From positions 1,204,752 to 1,268,751 of the forward strand of contig OZ220679.1 of assembly GCA_965116355.1 (NCBI GenBank): a stretch of 64,000 bases of DNA, written 5' to 3'. Below are positions 47,474 to 56,246 of the stretch, piece after piece. The notes under the pieces were generated by a model. The model was not told the origin of the DNA. It ran no database searches and saw only the letters and a program-made list of their open reading frames with translations. Every line of letters begins with the position of its first letter. Position 1 is the first letter of the stretch. Position numbers and translations under genes: made by a program. This stretch comes from Dehalococcoidia bacterium (GTDB lineage Bacteria > Chloroflexota > Dehalococcoidia > Lucifugimonadales > UBA1127).

Positions 47474-48550
47474 CTACCCCACCCGGTCGACCGGCATGTT
47501 CACCCACGCGCTCATCTCGTGCGGCGAGGTGACGACGGCGTCCGTCTTGACGACGTACTCCGGGCCGAGCTGGTCCATCGAGGTGACGCCCAGCAGCCCC
47601 ATCGCGCTGGTCATCTCGTCCTCCATGATCTCCAGCATCCGCACCACGCCCGCGCTCCCGTCCGCCGAGAGCCCCCACGCCTGCAGCTTGCCGATGGCGA
47701 CGGCCTTCGCGCCGAGCGCCACCGCCTTCAGCACGTCGCTGCCGCGCAGCACGCCGCCGTCGACCACGATCTCAGCGCGCCCGTCCACCGCCTCCACGAT
47801 CTCCTGCAGCACTTCCATGGAGCCGAGCCCGTGGTCAAGCTGCCGGCCGCCGTGGTTCGACACCCAGATGACGTCGACGCCGTGGTCGAGGGCGATCAGC
47901 GCGTCCTCGACCGTCGCGATGCCCTTGATCATGAAGGGCAGGCCGGCAAGGTCGCGGATGCGGTCCATCAGGTCCCACGTCAGCGCCGCGCCCCAGTACG
48001 GGTCGCGAGGGGCCCGGCGCGTCGGCTGCACCCACCGCTCCACCATGACGCGCTCCCGGCGGCTGTAATGCTGGACGTCGACGGTCACGCACAGCGCCTT
48101 GTAGTCGGCCTCCACCACGCGGGCGATGATGTCCTCGATCCACGCCCAGTCCCCGTGCACGTAGAGCTGGAACATCTTGGGGTAGTCGACGCAGGCCGCC
48201 GTCTCCTCGAGCGATGGCGCCGTCACGGAGCTGAGCACGTGCATGATGCCGTACTCGGCCGCCGCCCGGGTCGCCGCCACGCCGCCCTCCGGGTCGAAGA
48301 CCTGCAGCGACCCGACGGGCGCCAGCATGACGGGGATGCGCAGCTTATGGCCCAGGAATGTCGTCGAGGTGTCGATGCTCGACACGTCGCGCAGCACGCG
48401 CGGCCGGAACGCCAGCCGGTCAAACGCGAGGCGGTTGCGCCGCAGCGTCGTCTCGGACTCGGAGCCGCCCACCAGGTAGTCCCAGACGCCTTGGTGCACG
48501 CGCCGCCGCGCCAGTTGGATGATCTCTTCCGTGCTCACGAAGTCCGGCAT
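47474..48550 (-). CDS. FMN-dependent alpha-hydroxy acid oxidase/dehydrogenase
   Basis: FRPRVLRDVS, IKGI, VSNHGGRQLD, VDGGVLRGSDVLKA. Confidence 0.92.
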   Translation of the reverse strand: MPDFVSTEEIIQLARRRVHQGVWDYLVGGSESETTLRRNRLAFDRLAFRPRVLRDVSSIDTSTTFLGHKLRIPVMLAPVGSLQVFDPEGGVAATRAAAEYGIMHVLSSVTAPSLEETAACVDYPKMFQLYVHGDWAWIEDIIARVVEADYKALCVTVDVQHYSRRERVMVERWVQPTRRAPRDPYWGAALTWDLMDRIRDLAGLPFMIKGIATVEDALIALDHGVDVIWVSNHGGRQLDHGLGSMEVLQEIVEAVDGRAEIVVDGGVLRGSDVLKAVALGAKAVAIGKLQAWGLSADGSAGVVRMLEIMEDEMTSAMGLLGVTSMDQLGPEYVVKTDAVVTSPHEMSAWVNMPVDRVG

Positions 48551-48595
48551 CTCTTGTCCTCCTCCAAGTGTCCTTTGAGCAATCCCCCGCGCCTC

Positions 48596-48619
48596 GTAGG
48601 GGCGGTTCGCGAACCGCCC
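48596..48619. repeat. REP-like family C element
   Basis: GTAGGGGCGGTTCGCGAACCGCCC; identical copy at 52150-52173, variant at 58026-58050. Confidence 0.8.
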
Positions 48620-48642
48620 GCCGGCATCCGGGCCGCGCGCCG

Positions 48643-49545
48643 CTACCGCGCCTCCACGTCGGCGCGGATCTCGACGCCCGCGCGCTCCTCCTGCAGCAGG
48701 GCCACGGCGCCGACGTCGAGGCTGCCCCGGCCCTTCTTCGACGACTCGGCGTACTCGTCGTAGGACAGGTGGCCGAACTGCAGTGGCACGTCGAAGTCCT
48801 CCGCCAGCCCTATCGCCAGGCCCAGGTCCTTGAGGACGAGGTCCACGGTGAAGGTGGGGTTAAAGTTGCCCTTCAGGACGCCGGGCGGGTAGCGCCACTG
48901 CATGGACCGCGTGTTGCCCGTGCTGCGCGAGACCGCCTCGAAGAGCGTGCCCGCGTCAACGCCGGCCTTCACGCCGATGGAGAAGGCCTCCGCCAGCAGC
49001 GGCTGCAGCGAGAGCGTGATGTAGTTGTTGACCAGCTTGCACACCTGCCCCGCGCCCGACGGGCCGCAGTAGATGGGCTTGTCGCCGATGGCTCGCAGCA
49101 CCGGCAGGACCTCCTCGTAGAGCTCCCGGTCGCCGCCGACCAGCAGCGCGAGCGACGCCTCCTGCGCGCCGATGGTGCCGCCGCTGACGGGGCAGTCGAG
49201 CATGCGAATGCCCTTCGACGCCAGCTCCGCGTGGAGCCGCCGCGTCAGGACGGGCGAGTTCGTCGACAGGTCGACGTAGACCTTGCCGGGAACTGCCCCC
49301 TCGGCGACGCCCTCCGCCCCCAGCGCGACCGTCTCGACGTCCGCCGGGCCCGGCAGCGACGTGAACACGACGTCAGCAGCTTGCGCCACCGCTTTCGGCG
49401 AGTCGCCCCAGTCGGCCCCCGCCTCCAGGAAGGGCGTTGCCGCCTCCCGCCGCAGGTCGTGCAGCGTCAACTCGTGCCCGGCCGCCTGCAGGTGCCGCAC
49501 CATGTGGTTCCCCATCGCGCCGATGCCGATGAACCCGACCTTCAA
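48643..49545 (-). CDS. 3-hydroxyisobutyrate dehydrogenase-family NAD(P) oxidoreductase
   Basis: VGFIGIGAMG, DCPVSGG, GAGQVCKLVNN; TTG start with AGGAGG RBS. Confidence 0.9.
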   Translation of the reverse strand: MKVGFIGIGAMGNHMVRHLQAAGHELTLHDLRREAATPFLEAGADWGDSPKAVAQAADVVFTSLPGPADVETVALGAEGVAEGAVPGKVYVDLSTNSPVLTRRLHAELASKGIRMLDCPVSGGTIGAQEASLALLVGGDRELYEEVLPVLRAIGDKPIYCGPSGAGQVCKLVNNYITLSLQPLLAEAFSIGVKAGVDAGTLFEAVSRSTGNTRSMQWRYPPGVLKGNFNPTFTVDLVLKDLGLAIGLAEDFDVPLQFGHLSYDEYAESSKKGRGSLDVGAVALLQEERAGVEIRADVEAR

Positions 49546-49616
49546 AACCGTCCTCCTTCTCTAGTCCGTTCGCCCTGAGCCTGTCGAAGGGCTGGCGAAT
49601 GGAATGCGCCCCGCCG

Positions 49617-50519
49617 CTACCGCGGCTCCACGTCCGCCCGGATCTCGACGCCCGCGCGCTCCTCCTGCATCAGCGCGACGGAGCCCGTGTCCAGCAGCCC
49701 CCGGTCGCGCTCTGCCGACGCCGCGTACTCGGCGAGCGCCAGCGGCCCGAACTGCACCGGCACGCCGAAGTCCTCGGCGAGCTGCAGCCCCAGCGTCAGG
49801 TCCTTGCGCCCCAGGTTCACCGTGAACCCGGGCGCGAAGTTGCCCTTGAGCAGGCCCGTCGGATACCGGCGCTGCATGGACGCGGTGTTGCCCGTGCTGC
49901 GGACGACCGCCTCGTACAGCGTGCCCGCGTCGACACCCGACTTCACGCCGATGGAGAAGGCCTCGGCCAGCAGCGGCGTCAGCGAGAGCGAGATGTAGTT
50001 GTTCACCAGCTTGCACACCTGCCCCGCGCCCGAGGGCCCGCAGTAGAAGGGTTTGTCGCCGATGCAGTTCAGCACCGGCAGCAGCTCCTCGTACAGGTCC
50101 TTGTCGCCGCCGACGAGGAGCGCGAGGGTGCCCGCCTCCGCGCCGACGGTGCCGCCGCTGACGGGGCAGTCCAGCATGCGGACGCCCTTCCCGGCGAACT
50201 CCGCATGGAGGCGCCGCGTCAGCACGGGCGAGTTCGTCGACAGGTCGACGTACACCTGCCCCGACGACGCTCCCTCGATGATGCCGTCCGCGCCCGTGGC
50301 CACCAGCTCCACGTCCGCCGGGCCCGGCAGCGAGGTGAACACCACCTCGGCAGCCTGCGCCACCTGCTTGGGCGTATCGCCCCAGTTGGCGCCCGCTTCC
50401 AGGAAGGGCGTTGCCGCCTCGCGGCGGATGTCGTTGACGGTCATGCTGTGCCCTGCTTCCTGCAGGTGCCGCGCCATGTGCCGACCCATCGCTCCCAGGC
50501 CGATGAACCCCACGTCCAT
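49617..50519 (-). CDS. 3-hydroxyisobutyrate dehydrogenase-family oxidoreductase, tandem paralogue
   Basis: VGFIGLGAMG, DCPVSGG, GAGQVCKLVNN. Confidence 0.9.
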   Translation of the reverse strand: MDVGFIGLGAMGRHMARHLQEAGHSMTVNDIRREAATPFLEAGANWGDTPKQVAQAAEVVFTSLPGPADVELVATGADGIIEGASSGQVYVDLSTNSPVLTRRLHAEFAGKGVRMLDCPVSGGTVGAEAGTLALLVGGDKDLYEELLPVLNCIGDKPFYCGPSGAGQVCKLVNNYISLSLTPLLAEAFSIGVKSGVDAGTLYEAVVRSTGNTASMQRRYPTGLLKGNFAPGFTVNLGRKDLTLGLQLAEDFGVPVQFGPLALAEYAASAERDRGLLDTGSVALMQEERAGVEIRADVEPR

Positions 50520-50536
50520 GGAATCCCCCTTCTCCA

Positions 50537-50612
50537 TCCCCGTCATTCCCGCCAAGGCTCCCCGTCATTCCCACCAAGGATCCCCGTCATTCCCGCGCAG
50601 GCGGGAATCCAG
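50537..50612. repeat. REP-like family B, stuttered (two partial 22-bp units plus a full element)
   Basis: TCCCCGTCATTCCC x3, ending GCGCAGGCGGGAATCCAG. Confidence 0.8.
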
Positions 50613-50658
50613 GGGCCGGACACCGGGGCGGAGGGACAACTCTTGTTGTCGGCCGCCC

Positions 50659-51531
50659 CTACTCCCGCGCCAACTCCCCTTCCAGCCACGCACGGAAGGC
50701 GGGGCCGGTGTCCGGCCGACGCAGCGCCAGCGACACCGACGCCCGCAGCATGCCCATCGGGTTGCCGGCGTCGTAGCGCGTGCCGGTGAACCGCCGCGCG
50801 TACACCGGCTGCTCCTCCAGCAGCAGCGCGATGCCGTCCGTCAACTGCAGCTCGCCGCCCGCGCCCGGCGTCACACGCTCCATCGCGCCGAAGAGCTCCG
50901 GCGTCAGCACGTAGCGCCCCACGATGCCCAGGTCCGAGGGCGCCTCGGCCGCCGGCGGCTTCTCCACCATGCCGAGCACCCGGATGGCGTCGCCGTCGGT
51001 CTCGCCCGGCGCGACCACGCCGTAGCTGCTGATGCGCTCGGGCGGCACCTGCTCCACGGCGATGACCGACGCCCCATGCGCCGTGGCCGTCTCCAGCAGC
51101 TCGCCGATGGCCGGGCCCTCGCCTCCCGCGATGACGTCGTCGGGCAGCATGACGGCAAAGGGTTCGTCGCCGACGGCGTGGCGGGCGGTGTAGACGGCGT
51201 GGCCCAGCCCGAGCTGCTGGTGCTGCCGCACGAAGATGAACTCGGCCTCCTCCCGCACGCGGCGCATGGCCCCGGCCAGCGCGGCCTCGCCCCTGCGGTC
51301 CAGCAGCTCCTCGAGCTGCGGCGCCGGGTCGAAGTAGTTGGCCATGGCGTCCTTGCCCTGTGACGTCACAATCACCAGCTGGGTAAGCCCCGCGTCCAGC
51401 GCCTCGTCGACGATGTAGTGGAGCATGGGCCGGTCGATGAGGGGCAGCAGCTCCTTCGGCACCGCCTTTGACGTCGGCAGCTGCCGCGTGCCGAGCCCCG
51501 CCGCCGGGATCACGGCCTTGCGCACGTCCAT
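50659..51531 (-). CDS. galU: UTP-glucose-1-phosphate uridylyltransferase
   Basis: KAVIPAAGLGTR.LP.SKAVPKELLP, GLGHAV, VEKP, GELQLTD. Confidence 0.93.
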   Translation of the reverse strand: MDVRKAVIPAAGLGTRQLPTSKAVPKELLPLIDRPMLHYIVDEALDAGLTQLVIVTSQGKDAMANYFDPAPQLEELLDRRGEAALAGAMRRVREEAEFIFVRQHQQLGLGHAVYTARHAVGDEPFAVMLPDDVIAGGEGPAIGELLETATAHGASVIAVEQVPPERISSYGVVAPGETDGDAIRVLGMVEKPPAAEAPSDLGIVGRYVLTPELFGAMERVTPGAGGELQLTDGIALLLEEQPVYARRFTGTRYDAGNPMGMLRASVSLALRRPDTGPAFRAWLEGELARE

Positions 51532-51714
51532 GACACACCCTCTCCATCGGGCTGCAACGCATACCTGTGGGCCGCAGGGATTGTACCACGCCAAAGGGGG
51601 AGCCTATCGGAGACGGGCGAAACTATTCGTGTATAGGAGACGGTTCGCGAAAGACGCGCATGGCGCCGCACAGGAAGTGAGTGACCGGCCGTGAACGTGA
51701 AGCTGGATGGGGCG

Positions 51715-52059
51715 TCAAATAACCCCTTGCCCCGGCAGCGTCAGATCGAGCTGCTCCAGCACGTCCCCGTCTTCCGGCCGGCCCGTCGACTCGAACCGCG
51801 CCAGCGGGATCGCCGGCAGCGTGATGACGTGCACGCCGGCCATCACCCCCAGCTCCAGCGAGAACCGCGCCACCGCGTCGTTGTCCGGCGCCTCGACGAT
51901 GTAGATGAAGTCGTACTGGCCCAGCACCGCGTACTGCCCCAGCACGTACGTCGCCGGCACGCGAATCTCGTCCTGCGCTTCATGTACTGAACCGGGGTCG
52001 CGCATCATCTTCTCCCGCCCCTCCGGGGTGAGGGTCAGAAGCAGGATGTAGCTCGCCAT
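51715..52059 (-). CDS. GYD-domain protein
   Basis: YAVLGQYDFIYIVEAPD; GGAGG RBS. Confidence 0.85.
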   Translation of the reverse strand: MASYILLLTLTPEGREKMMRDPGSVHEAQDEIRVPATYVLGQYAVLGQYDFIYIVEAPDNDAVARFSLELGVMAGVHVITLPAIPLARFESTGRPEDGDVLEQLDLTLPGQGVI

Positions 52060-52149
52060 CGTCGATGTTCCTCCCGATGCTTCTTCGGGCCGCAAACAGC
52101 ATACCAGAACAAACCCATTTTGCGGGAATTCCCCGACACTCGCCAACTG

Positions 52150-52590
52150 GTAGGGGCGGTTCGCGAACCGCCCGTCCCGCCGATAGGCGGGCCCCCCGTT
52201 CGCCCTGAGCCCCGTCGATGGGCCCCCTGACTCCTCCGAAGCGCGTCCCTCTCCCCGTTTTACCGGCGAAAGCCCCGCTGCGGGGGCAGCGGACGGTATC
52301 CGGAGACGAGGCGTTGGAAGGCCGTTCGCCCTGAGCCACCCCTCTCTCGTCGTTCCCGCGCAGGCGGGAACCCAGGGGTTGGGCAGGGCGAGGCACGTAG
52401 GGGAGACCCTCGTGGTGGCCGGCTCCCATCCGTTCGCCCTGAGCCTGTCGAAGGGCCCCCTGACTCCGCCGAAGCGCGTCCCGCTCCCCGTTTTACCGGC
52501 GAAAGCCCCGCTGCGGGGGCAGCGGACGGTATCCAGAGAGGCGGCATTGGGAGACCGTTCGTCCTGAGGGAAATCGAAGGGCGAATGGGG
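52150..52590. repeat. Composite REP array containing a ~140-bp direct duplication (52196-52335 / 52430-52568)
   Basis: Families A, B and C interleaved; two near-identical blocks. Confidence 0.85.
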
Positions 52591-52606
52591 CCGCAGGCCG
52601 CCGGCC

Positions 52607-53596
52607 CTACGCCCGGATGCACGCCACCCAGTGGGCCGGCGCCACCTCCCGCAGCTCCGGCTCCCCCGCCGAGCACTCCTCGATGGCGATGGGGCACCGC
52701 GGGTGGAACACGCACCCCGCCGGCGGGTTCGCCGGGCTCGGCGGCTCCCCCGGCAGCACGATGCGCTCCCGCGTCGCCTCCTCGATGGGGTCCGGCAGCG
52801 GAATCGCCGACATCAGCGCCTGCGTGTACGGGTGCAGCGGGTTGGAGAACAGCTCCTCGCTCTCCGCCACCTCCACCAGCTTGCCCAGGTACATCACCGC
52901 CACCCGGTGGCTGATGTGCCGCACCAGCGACAGGTCGTGGGCGATGAACAGGTACGTCAGCCCGAACTGCTGCTGCAGCTCCTCCAGCAGGTTGATGATC
53001 TGCGCCTGCACCGACACGTCCAGCGCCGACACCGGCTCGTCGCACACCAGCAGCTCCGGCTCCACGGCCAGCGCCCGCGCGATGCCGATGCGCTGCCGCT
53101 GCCCGCCGCTGAACTCGTGCGGGTACCGCCCCGCCATGTACGGGTTCAGCCCCACCAGCGACAGCAGCTCGCCGACACGGCTCCGGTACGCGTCCTTGCC
53201 CTTGACCAGCTTGTGCACCTGCAGCGGCTCGCCGATGATGTCGCCCGCCGTCATGCGCGGGTCCAGCGAGCCGTACGGGTCCTGGAAGATGAACTGCACC
53301 CGGCGGTACATGGAGCGCAGCGCCCCGCCCTTCAGCTTGATCAGGTCCTGCCCGTCGAAGGTGATGCTGCCGCCCGTCGGCTTCACCAGCTGCACGATGC
53401 TCCGCGCCATGCTCGTCTTGCCGCACCCGCTCTCGCCGACGAGCCCCAGCGTCTCCCCCTTCGCGATGGAGAAGCTCACGTTGTCGACGGCCTTCACCGC
53501 CCCAACCTGCTTCGCAAACAACCCCGACGTAATCGGGTAATGCACCCGCAGGTCGCGAATCTCCAGCAGCGCGGCGTCATTCGAGGAAGTAGTCAT
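52607..53596 (-). CDS. Oligopeptide/dipeptide ABC transporter ATP-binding subunit (OppF/DppF-like)
   Basis: [40 protein letters not shown]. Confidence 0.93.
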   Translation of the reverse strand: MTTSSNDAALLEIRDLRVHYPITSGLFAKQVGAVKAVDNVSFSIAKGETLGLVGESGCGKTSMARSIVQLVKPTGGSITFDGQDLIKLKGGALRSMYRRVQFIFQDPYGSLDPRMTAGDIIGEPLQVHKLVKGKDAYRSRVGELLSLVGLNPYMAGRYPHEFSGGQRQRIGIARALAVEPELLVCDEPVSALDVSVQAQIINLLEELQQQFGLTYLFIAHDLSLVRHISHRVAVMYLGKLVEVAESEELFSNPLHPYTQALMSAIPLPDPIEEATRERIVLPGEPPSPANPPAGCVFHPRCPIAIEECSAGEPELREVAPAHWVACIRA

Positions 53597-53647
53597 AGCC
53601 CGTCCATTGTGCCACAGCCCGGCTTGGGGTGGGGAGGGGCGTGTCCA

Positions 53648-53783
53648 TCCATTCGCCCTGAGCCTCCCATCCCGTCGTTCCTGCGGAGGCAGGAACCCCC
53701 ACAAACGCGACTCCGTTCGCCCTGAGGTTCTCGAAGGGGGCCGCCCATCTTCACTCGTCATACCGGCTTTCGCCGGTATCCAG
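53648..53783. repeat. REP-like cluster (families A and B)
   Basis: TTCGCCCTGAG x2, GTCGTTCCTGCGGAGGCAGGAAC, GTCATACCGGCTTTCGCCGGTATCCAG. Confidence 0.75.
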
Positions 53784-53800
53784 TGTGGTCGAGGGGCGGG

Positions 53801-53829
53801 TTGACAATGTCTTGGCGCGTACCTAGTGT
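53801..53829 (+). promoter_or_regulatory. Sigma70-type promoter
   Basis: TTGACA-17bp-TAGTGT upstream of the protease gene. Confidence 0.6.
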
Positions 53830-53864
53830 GAAACTTGGACCTTGGCAGTGGAGCGTTCATGTCG

Positions 53865-54257
53865 ATGGGCATGTTTACAGTGCCGATGGAAATCGCCAAC
53901 CCTCAGGGTGGCCCCGCCGCGTCAATCGAGCCGGTGGTGGATACGGGCGCAGGCTTTTCCGTGATGCCCGCGTCCCTCCTGGAAAGGCTCGGCGTCCAGC
54001 CCGTGGAACAGGAAGAGTTCATGCTTGCCAGCGGTGAGGTGCGTGTGTACGCCGTTGGCGAGGCCCGCTTCAAGATCGACGGCCGGGAGCGCACCACCCC
54101 TGTGGTGTTTGGCGACGACGGGGTGTTCCTGCTCGGCGCCGTGACCCTGCAAAACTTCGGACTCGTCGCCGACACCACTGAACATCGACTCGTGCCCGCC
54201 AGATTGCTGCTCGTCGGCATCCAGCCGGACATCATACAAGGAACGCCCACGCACTAG
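53865..54257 (+). CDS. Stand-alone clan AA aspartyl protease
   Basis: MGMFTV...[12 protein letters not shown]...[12 protein letters not shown]. Confidence 0.85.
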   Translation: MGMFTVPMEIANPQGGPAASIEPVVDTGAGFSVMPASLLERLGVQPVEQEEFMLASGEVRVYAVGEARFKIDGRERTTPVVFGDDGVFLLGAVTLQNFGLVADTTEHRLVPARLLLVGIQPDIIQGTPTH

Positions 54258-54339
54258 ACGGCCTTCACCGCCCCTACCCCCGCTCAAGCACCCCCTCCGT
54301 TCGCCCTGAGCCCGTCGAAGGGCTGCCCAAACCCCCGCC

Positions 54340-54416
54340 GATCCCTTCATCAACCCCTTGATCTCTGCGTCCCATGTGATCAACGATCAGTCAACGCCTA
54401 CCTAGATCATTTGATC
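54340..54416. promoter_or_regulatory. GATC cluster upstream of the methyltransferase
   Basis: GATC at 54340, 54360, 54378, 54385, 54405 and 54413. Confidence 0.75.
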
Positions 54417-54451
54417 GTCACCTTGGGTCGCGTGGAGCAAGAGCACAGCCC

Positions 54452-55636
54452 GTGATAAACACATCCCCATCTCTCGGACGAAGCCTTTGGAAATCGGCCG
54501 ACGGACAGTCCGCGCTGTACCACGCGGACTCAATCGAGCTCATGGCCACCATCCCGCCAGAATCAGTGGATTGCATCTGGACTGATCCCCCCTACCTCCT
54601 CTCCAACGACGGAGTGACATGCGTTGCAGGAAAGCGCGTCAGCGTCAACAAGGGGGAGTGGGACCGCAGTGGCGGCGTGGATAGCGACTATACGGCTAAC
54701 CTCATATGGCTCGGCGCGTGTCACCGCATTCTCAAGCCTGCCGGCACCATCTGGATAACGGGAACGCTACACATCTATCTCAGCGTCGGCATGGCCTTGC
54801 AGCAGCTTGGCTTTCGAATACTCAACGACATCATTTGGGAGAAGCCCAATCCGCCGCCGAACCTCGGCGCGCGCTGTTTCACTCACTCGACAGAGGTCGT
54901 CTTGTGGGCCACGAAGGCACCAAAGGGCAGCAAGCACCGTCACACCTTCAACTATGAGGAAATGCGCGCCGAAAACGGCGGAAAGCAGATGAAATCAGTC
55001 TGGCGCTTTCTACCCGCCGGGCAGGGCGAGAAGCGTTTCGGCAAGCACCCGACCCAAAAGCCCGTCGCCCTTATCGACCGCTGCATTCGCGCCAGCACTA
55101 ATCCAGGCGACATTGTGCTCGACCCCTTCGCGGGAACAGCAGCAACCGGGGTTGCCGCCTTGAAGAATGGGCGGAACTTCATCGGTATCGAGCAAGACAT
55201 CAGATTTGCGGAAATCGGCATGAGGCGGCTTATGGACATTGATGCAGGCAGCACACCTGTTCCTTCTCATGGACAAAGCGCTACCCCCCCCCCCCCGAAC
55301 AATTGTACCAAAACCGTCTTCTGGAAAAATCCAAGCGCTACGGCAAGAAGTCGTAAGAGCGGCCTGCTATGTCCACAGACACTCCATCACCACCAGGGCA
55401 CTCCGACAGCTGGCAAGCCATATTCCAGCACTGCGATATCGAGAATCATGCCTTCGATCGGGAGCCATTCCGGCTTTCTGCGAGGCAAATTAATGAAGCT
55501 TGCCAACGTTTTCCCCGCCCAGGTCAGAAGGAAGTCCGACTCCTCTGCAAGCAAGACACGCGAGAATCCCGTCCCAGCCTCTTCCAACGCCACGGACTGT
55601 TTATCCTTCCCGTTCGCAACGGCCAGTACGTGTTAG
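54452..55636 (+). CDS. DpnA (M2.DpnII)-like beta-class N6-adenine DNA methyltransferase; natural stop probably 55356, read past because of the C13 tract
   Basis: TDPPYLLSNDG, SVNKGEWD, PNL..R.FTHSTE, GKQMK.VW, KHPTQKP, LDPFAG. Confidence 0.9.
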   Translation: MINTSPSLGRSLWKSADGQSALYHADSIELMATIPPESVDCIWTDPPYLLSNDGVTCVAGKRVSVNKGEWDRSGGVDSDYTANLIWLGACHRILKPAGTIWITGTLHIYLSVGMALQQLGFRILNDIIWEKPNPPPNLGARCFTHSTEVVLWATKAPKGSKHRHTFNYEEMRAENGGKQMKSVWRFLPAGQGEKRFGKHPTQKPVALIDRCIRASTNPGDIVLDPFAGTAATGVAALKNGRNFIGIEQDIRFAEIGMRRLMDIDAGSTPVPSHGQSATPPPPNNCTKTVFWKNPSATARSRKSGLLCPQTLHHHQGTPTAGKPYSSTAISRIMPSIGSHSGFLRGKLMKLANVFPAQVRRKSDSSASKTRENPVPASSNATDCLSFPFATASTC

Positions 55637-56163
55637 TGAAGGGCGAGGGCTACTTGGACATTCCTCCAATCGATACCCCTGTGCAGGAATACTCCAGCAA
55701 CTTCCCTTTCATCCTGGAAACCTCCCGTGTCGGCGATTCGGAGATGCAGCATTTGGATCGCGCGTTTGCGTTAAGCCTCATACGGCATTTTACGGAAGAC
55801 CCGTCCCTGGTGATGACCATACGCGGCAGGAAGTACACCCCAAAGTTTGAATTCGTCACCGGGGAGTTCTTGCTCGAAGCCGAAGGGGTGCAGACAGAGG
55901 TCGATGCAGGATATGAGGGAGAAAGGCAAGTCGTCCTGATAGAAGCCAAATCTCCCAAGGCCAACAACACGATTATTCGGCAACTCTACTATCCCTTCCG
56001 GCAATGGAGTGAATGGACCGACAAATCGGTCACCACAGTGTTCTTCCAACACACCGATAACGATGAATTCCACCTGTGGCAGTTCGGCTTCGCAGACAAG
56101 TTGGACTACAACAGCGTGTACCTCGTGAAATCCGGCCGGTTCCGAATTGCCCAGCACCCTTAG
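55369..56163 (+). CDS. Putative type II restriction endonuclease (PD-(D/E)xK)
   Basis: QTEVDAGYEG...VLIEAK, IRQLYYPFR; directly follows the MTase; lower GC. Confidence 0.7.
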   Translation: MSTDTPSPPGHSDSWQAIFQHCDIENHAFDREPFRLSARQINEACQRFPRPGQKEVRLLCKQDTRESRPSLFQRHGLFILPVRNGQYVLVKGEGYLDIPPIDTPVQEYSSNFPFILETSRVGDSEMQHLDRAFALSLIRHFTEDPSLVMTIRGRKYTPKFEFVTGEFLLEAEGVQTEVDAGYEGERQVVLIEAKSPKANNTIIRQLYYPFRQWSEWTDKSVTTVFFQHTDNDEFHLWQFGFADKLDYNSVYLVKSGRFRIAQHP

Positions 56164-56246
56164 GATCTCCGCATGGTATACTCGCGCCTACTGTAGTTTT
56201 GGCTGATATTGCTACCATCCACACCCACACCGCGCGAGAGTTGCCA

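Noticed and set aside
51603-51655. Short imperfect direct repeat (TATcGGAGACGG / TATaGGAGACGG) as a possible ncRNA
   Set aside because: Only two short copies and no recognisable RNA family; insufficient evidence.
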